Shown here: positions 61,365-64,000 of the stretch, in pieces
Layout of the letters: every line of letters starts with the position of its first letter
Position numbering within the stretch: the first letter of the stretch is position 1
Origin: Ignavibacteriota bacterium
GTDB lineage: Bacteria > Bacteroidota > Ignavibacteria > UBA10030
Direction: 5' to 3'
DNA: 64,000 nucleotides
Assembly (NCBI GenBank): GCA_963701295.1
Contig: OY969585.1
Span: forward strand, 3,200,001-3,264,000
Notes under the pieces: generated by a model
What the model was told of the DNA's origin: nothing
Seen by the model: the letters and a program-made list of their open reading frames with translations, nothing else
Database searches by the model: none
Made by a program: the position numbers and the translations under genes

Positions 61365-62672
61365 TTATTTCTCTTTGAACACAACTCCCAATGGCACACC
61401 GATGAAGCCAAAGTGCTCACGCAATTTGTTCATCAAAAATCGCTTATATGATTCCTGCACGAGCTTCGGATGATTACAAAAGAAGGCAATCATTGGTGGA
61501 TTCGTTTTAATCTGCGTCGCGAATTTAATTTTTATTTCCTTCGGTGTCGATGATTTCGGCGGATTTTTTTCGATTTCTACCATCAGTGCCTTGTTGAGCG
61601 CGCTCGTGGAGATGCGCCGCGATTGCTGCTTGTGGACTTCCTTTGCTGTGTCGATCACTTTCGTGATTCGCTGCTTCGTGAGGGCTGAGACAAAAATCAC
61701 GGGAAGAAAATCGTATAAGCCGAGATTCCGTTCAATCGCCAGCTCATATTCGCGCGCGGTATTCGTTTCTTTCTCAACCAAGTCCCATTTATTCACCACA
61801 ATAACTGCAGATCGGTGGCGTTCCATGGTCGCATCAACAATCTGCAGATCCTGTTTGTCCACACCCTGCGTTGCATCAAAGAGAATAACAGCGACATCAC
61901 TGCGTTCGATGGCATGCAGTGTTCTGATCGTGCTGTAGAACTCAATGCTCTCTGTAATCTTGCTGCGCTTCCGAAGGCCTGCTGTATCAACAAGAATAAT
62001 TTCTTCATCCTGATACTCGAGGATGGTATCGATAGGATCGCGCGTTGTGCCAGGTAGAGCCGTGACCACTTGACGCGTCTTGCCGATGAGCGCATTGACT
62101 AATGACGATTTACCAACATTCGGTTTGCCGATGACTGCGAGACGAAGCCTTTTTTCTTTCTTTACTCTTGTTGCCTTCTTGATATCCGCCGTGATGAGGT
62201 CAAGGAAATCTCCAATTTGCCTTCCACCGAGAGCGGCAATGCCGATTGGTTCGCCAAGGCCAAGTGAATAGAATTCTGCCGTGGAATTCTCACGTTGTTC
62301 AGAATCAATTTTATTGACGACAAGGTGGATAGGTTTGTTCGAACGACGAAGAATAGCTGCGATTTCCCTATCGAGCGGCATTAAACCTTCGAGTGCGTCC
62401 ACGACAAATACAATGGAATCGGCTTCTTCAATGGCAATATTAGCTTGTTCGCGGATTGCTTTCTCAAATATATCATCGGATTCGGGAACGAATCCGCCTG
62501 TATCGATCATTGTAAACGATTTACCGGCCCATTCCGCTTCGGCATAACGACGGTCGCGAGTAACGCCAGGAGTATCAAAGACAATAGCTTCACGGGATCC
62601 GAAAATACGGTTAAAGAGTGTGGATTTCCCCACATTCGGACGGCCAACGATAGCGACAATGTGTAATGACAT
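61365..62672 (-). CDS. der: Ribosome biogenesis GTPase Der
   Basis: Two G domains (GRPNVGKS, GKPNVGKS), DTGG/DTAG, NKID/NKWD, KH-like C-terminus. Confidence 0.97.
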   Translation of the reverse strand: MSLHIVAIVGRPNVGKSTLFNRIFGSREAIVFDTPGVTRDRRYAEAEWAGKSFTMIDTGGFVPESDDIFEKAIREQANIAIEEADSIVFVVDALEGLMPLDREIAAILRRSNKPIHLVVNKIDSEQRENSTAEFYSLGLGEPIGIAALGGRQIGDFLDLITADIKKATRVKKEKRLRLAVIGKPNVGKSSLVNALIGKTRQVVTALPGTTRDPIDTILEYQDEEIILVDTAGLRKRSKITESIEFYSTIRTLHAIERSDVAVILFDATQGVDKQDLQIVDATMERHRSAVIVVNKWDLVEKETNTAREYELAIERNLGLYDFLPVIFVSALTKQRITKVIDTAKEVHKQQSRRISTSALNKALMVEIEKNPPKSSTPKEIKIKFATQIKTNPPMIAFFCNHPKLVQESYKRFLMNKLREHFGFIGVPLGVVFKEK

Positions 62673-62742
62673 AGGTTATAGTGTCTGGAAGGGATGATTT
62701 ATATGCTGATTTAGAAAAAACGCTGCTATTTAGTATTTCTTG

Positions 62743-62817
62743 TCGGGGCGGGGAGATTTGAACTCCCGACCTCTTGGTCCCGAACCAAGCGCGCTAGCCA
62801 GGCTACGCTACGCCCCG
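62743..62817 (-). tRNA. tRNA-Pro (anticodon CGG)
   Basis: CGGGGCG acceptor stem, CTTGG-TTCGGGA-CCAAG anticodon arm, GTTCAAAT T-loop; CCA not encoded. Confidence 0.95.
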
Positions 62818-62836
62818 TTTACAACTTCTTTATCTT

Positions 62837-62865
62837 AATATAGCAAACAGATGCAGGAAAATCAA
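62837..62865 (-). promoter_or_regulatory. Sigma70-type promoter of the tRNA
   Basis: TTGATT-N17-TATATT. Confidence 0.6.
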
Positions 62866-62873
62866 TTTAGAGG

Positions 62874-63809
62874 CTAAGTGTCTTTTTGAGCATTTTGAAA
62901 TTCTTTTTGAATCATTTCCGCGATCTCATTCCAGTCCGTTTCCTCGCTCACTGGAATCCAACGGATTCGCTTATCAGCTCGAAACCATGTCAATTGACGC
63001 TTTGCAAATCGACGTGAATTTTGTTTGATGAGTCCAACCATCTCCTCTTTCGTCAGCTTTCCTTCGATGAAATCGAATGTTTCTTTATAGCCAACAGTGT
63101 TGAGCGCGTTCATGCCAAAGAGATATCCTCGAGTCTTCAATTCTTGAACTTCTTCTAGCAATCCCTTTTTTATCATCTCATCGATGCGATGATTGATATG
63201 GTCATAGAGAATTTTTCGTTCCCACTCAAGAGCATATTGCAGGACCTCAAATGGCGCTCTTGTCTCTTGAGTGAAATGTAAATCGGAAATCGGTTTCCCT
63301 GTCGTATAATATACTTCCAGTGCACGAATCACCCGCCGTACTTTTGATGCATCCATCTTCGCCGCGGAAACCGGATCAATTCTTTTCAATTTTTCGAATA
63401 ACATTTCAGAACCAAATCTTTTTGCTTCATGTTCAAGCTGTTCACGAATTTCAGAATCTTTCCCGGGCCCTTTAAAGAATCCATCTATGATTGCACGAAC
63501 ATATAACCCGGACCCTCCGACAATGATTGGCTGGATTTCCTGTTTCAACAGTTCTACAATTTTACTACGAGCCTGCTGCCCGAATTCAGCAGCATTGTAT
63601 TCTTGATCAGGATCGAGGATATTAATAAAATGATGAGGAACGCGATGGAGATCTTCAAGCGTTGGCTTTGCTGTACCGATGTTAAGAAACTTGTAAATTT
63701 GGCGCGAATCAGCAGAAATAATTTCACCACGAAGTTTTTCCGCAAGAAGAATTGAAAGGGTCGTCTTCCCCGATGCTGTCGGACCTACAATGGCAAGAAC
63801 GTGCGGCAT
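62874..63809 (-). CDS. miaA: tRNA dimethylallyltransferase
   Basis: GPTASGKT, SADSRQIY, IGTAKP, GGSGLY, FAKRQLTWF. Confidence 0.96.
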   Translation of the reverse strand: MPHVLAIVGPTASGKTTLSILLAEKLRGEIISADSRQIYKFLNIGTAKPTLEDLHRVPHHFINILDPDQEYNAAEFGQQARSKIVELLKQEIQPIIVGGSGLYVRAIIDGFFKGPGKDSEIREQLEHEAKRFGSEMLFEKLKRIDPVSAAKMDASKVRRVIRALEVYYTTGKPISDLHFTQETRAPFEVLQYALEWERKILYDHINHRIDEMIKKGLLEEVQELKTRGYLFGMNALNTVGYKETFDFIEGKLTKEEMVGLIKQNSRRFAKRQLTWFRADKRIRWIPVSEETDWNEIAEMIQKEFQNAQKDT

Positions 63810-63851
63810 CTTGGTATCTCTATTATCCAATCTCTGGTCTGTAATCCGATT

Positions 63852-64000
63852 TCATTTTTCATTCCACCCTTCTTTTCCGATGAGCGGAACAAACTTAAAT
63901 CCATGCGCGTCCATCGATTCAAATCGATCTCCTATGCGCGTTACTACTCGAATAGACTGCCCTTCTAAATCTCCTACAGGAATGACAAGCCTTCCACCGT
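63852..64000 (-). CDS. pcm: Protein-L-isoaspartate O-methyltransferase, 3' part (runs off the window)
   Basis: GGRLVIPVG...FKFVPLIGKEGW. Confidence 0.85.
   Translation of the reverse strand, partial: GGRLVIPVGDLEGQSIRVVTRIGDRFESMDAHGFKFVPLIGKEGWNEK

Noticed and set aside
62700-62870. tRNA-Pro as an integration site
   Set aside because: No duplicated tRNA 3' end or integrase seen; flanked by core genes der and miaA
1-64000. CRISPR arrays, rRNA, prophage or IS elements; the many antisense ORFs in the ORF track
   Set aside because: No regularly spaced repeats, rRNA-like tracts or mobility genes seen; antisense and overlapping ORFs are shadows of well-supported genes

Overview
Chromosomal window from an Ignavibacteria-like (Bacteroidota/Chlorobiota superphylum) bacterium. 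This is inferred from a T9SS C-terminal sorting domain, a PorV/PorQ-like barrel, DUF3109, class-II GlyQS and TTG(A/C)NN-N16/17-TATATT promoters. Most content is housekeeping: kbl, rsmB, rpmE, glyQS, amrAB, glmM, dprA-rpoN-hslVU, an ECF sigma/anti-sigma pair, nuoA-F, mltG, tsaD, rpmB, pgsA-pgpA-cinA-thpR-recA-recX, mtgA-ruvX-rel, der, tRNA-Pro, miaA and pcm. I saw no integrase, transposase or CRISPR array. Main observations: (1) a ~200-nt leader before a deoxyhypusine/homospermidine synthase + ornithine decarboxylase operon, with two in-frame 'Glu-Gly-UGA-Lys' sites, an open +1 frame ending in a TAATG that opens an ORF across the synthase start, and pairings next to both start regions; this is a candidate polyamine-sensing recoding attenuator (hypothesis); (2) two accessory genes flanked by diverged duplicates of the 3' ends of neighbouring core genes, suggesting integrase-free acquisition from relatives; (3) unannotated deletion remnants of upp and a GlmU-like nucleotidyltransferase; (4) an AT-rich ankyrin/Zn-ribbon islet splitting recA-recX; (5) an apparent TPR-ZIP fusion best explained by frameshifts. 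All product calls come from motif recognition by eye, with no database searches.
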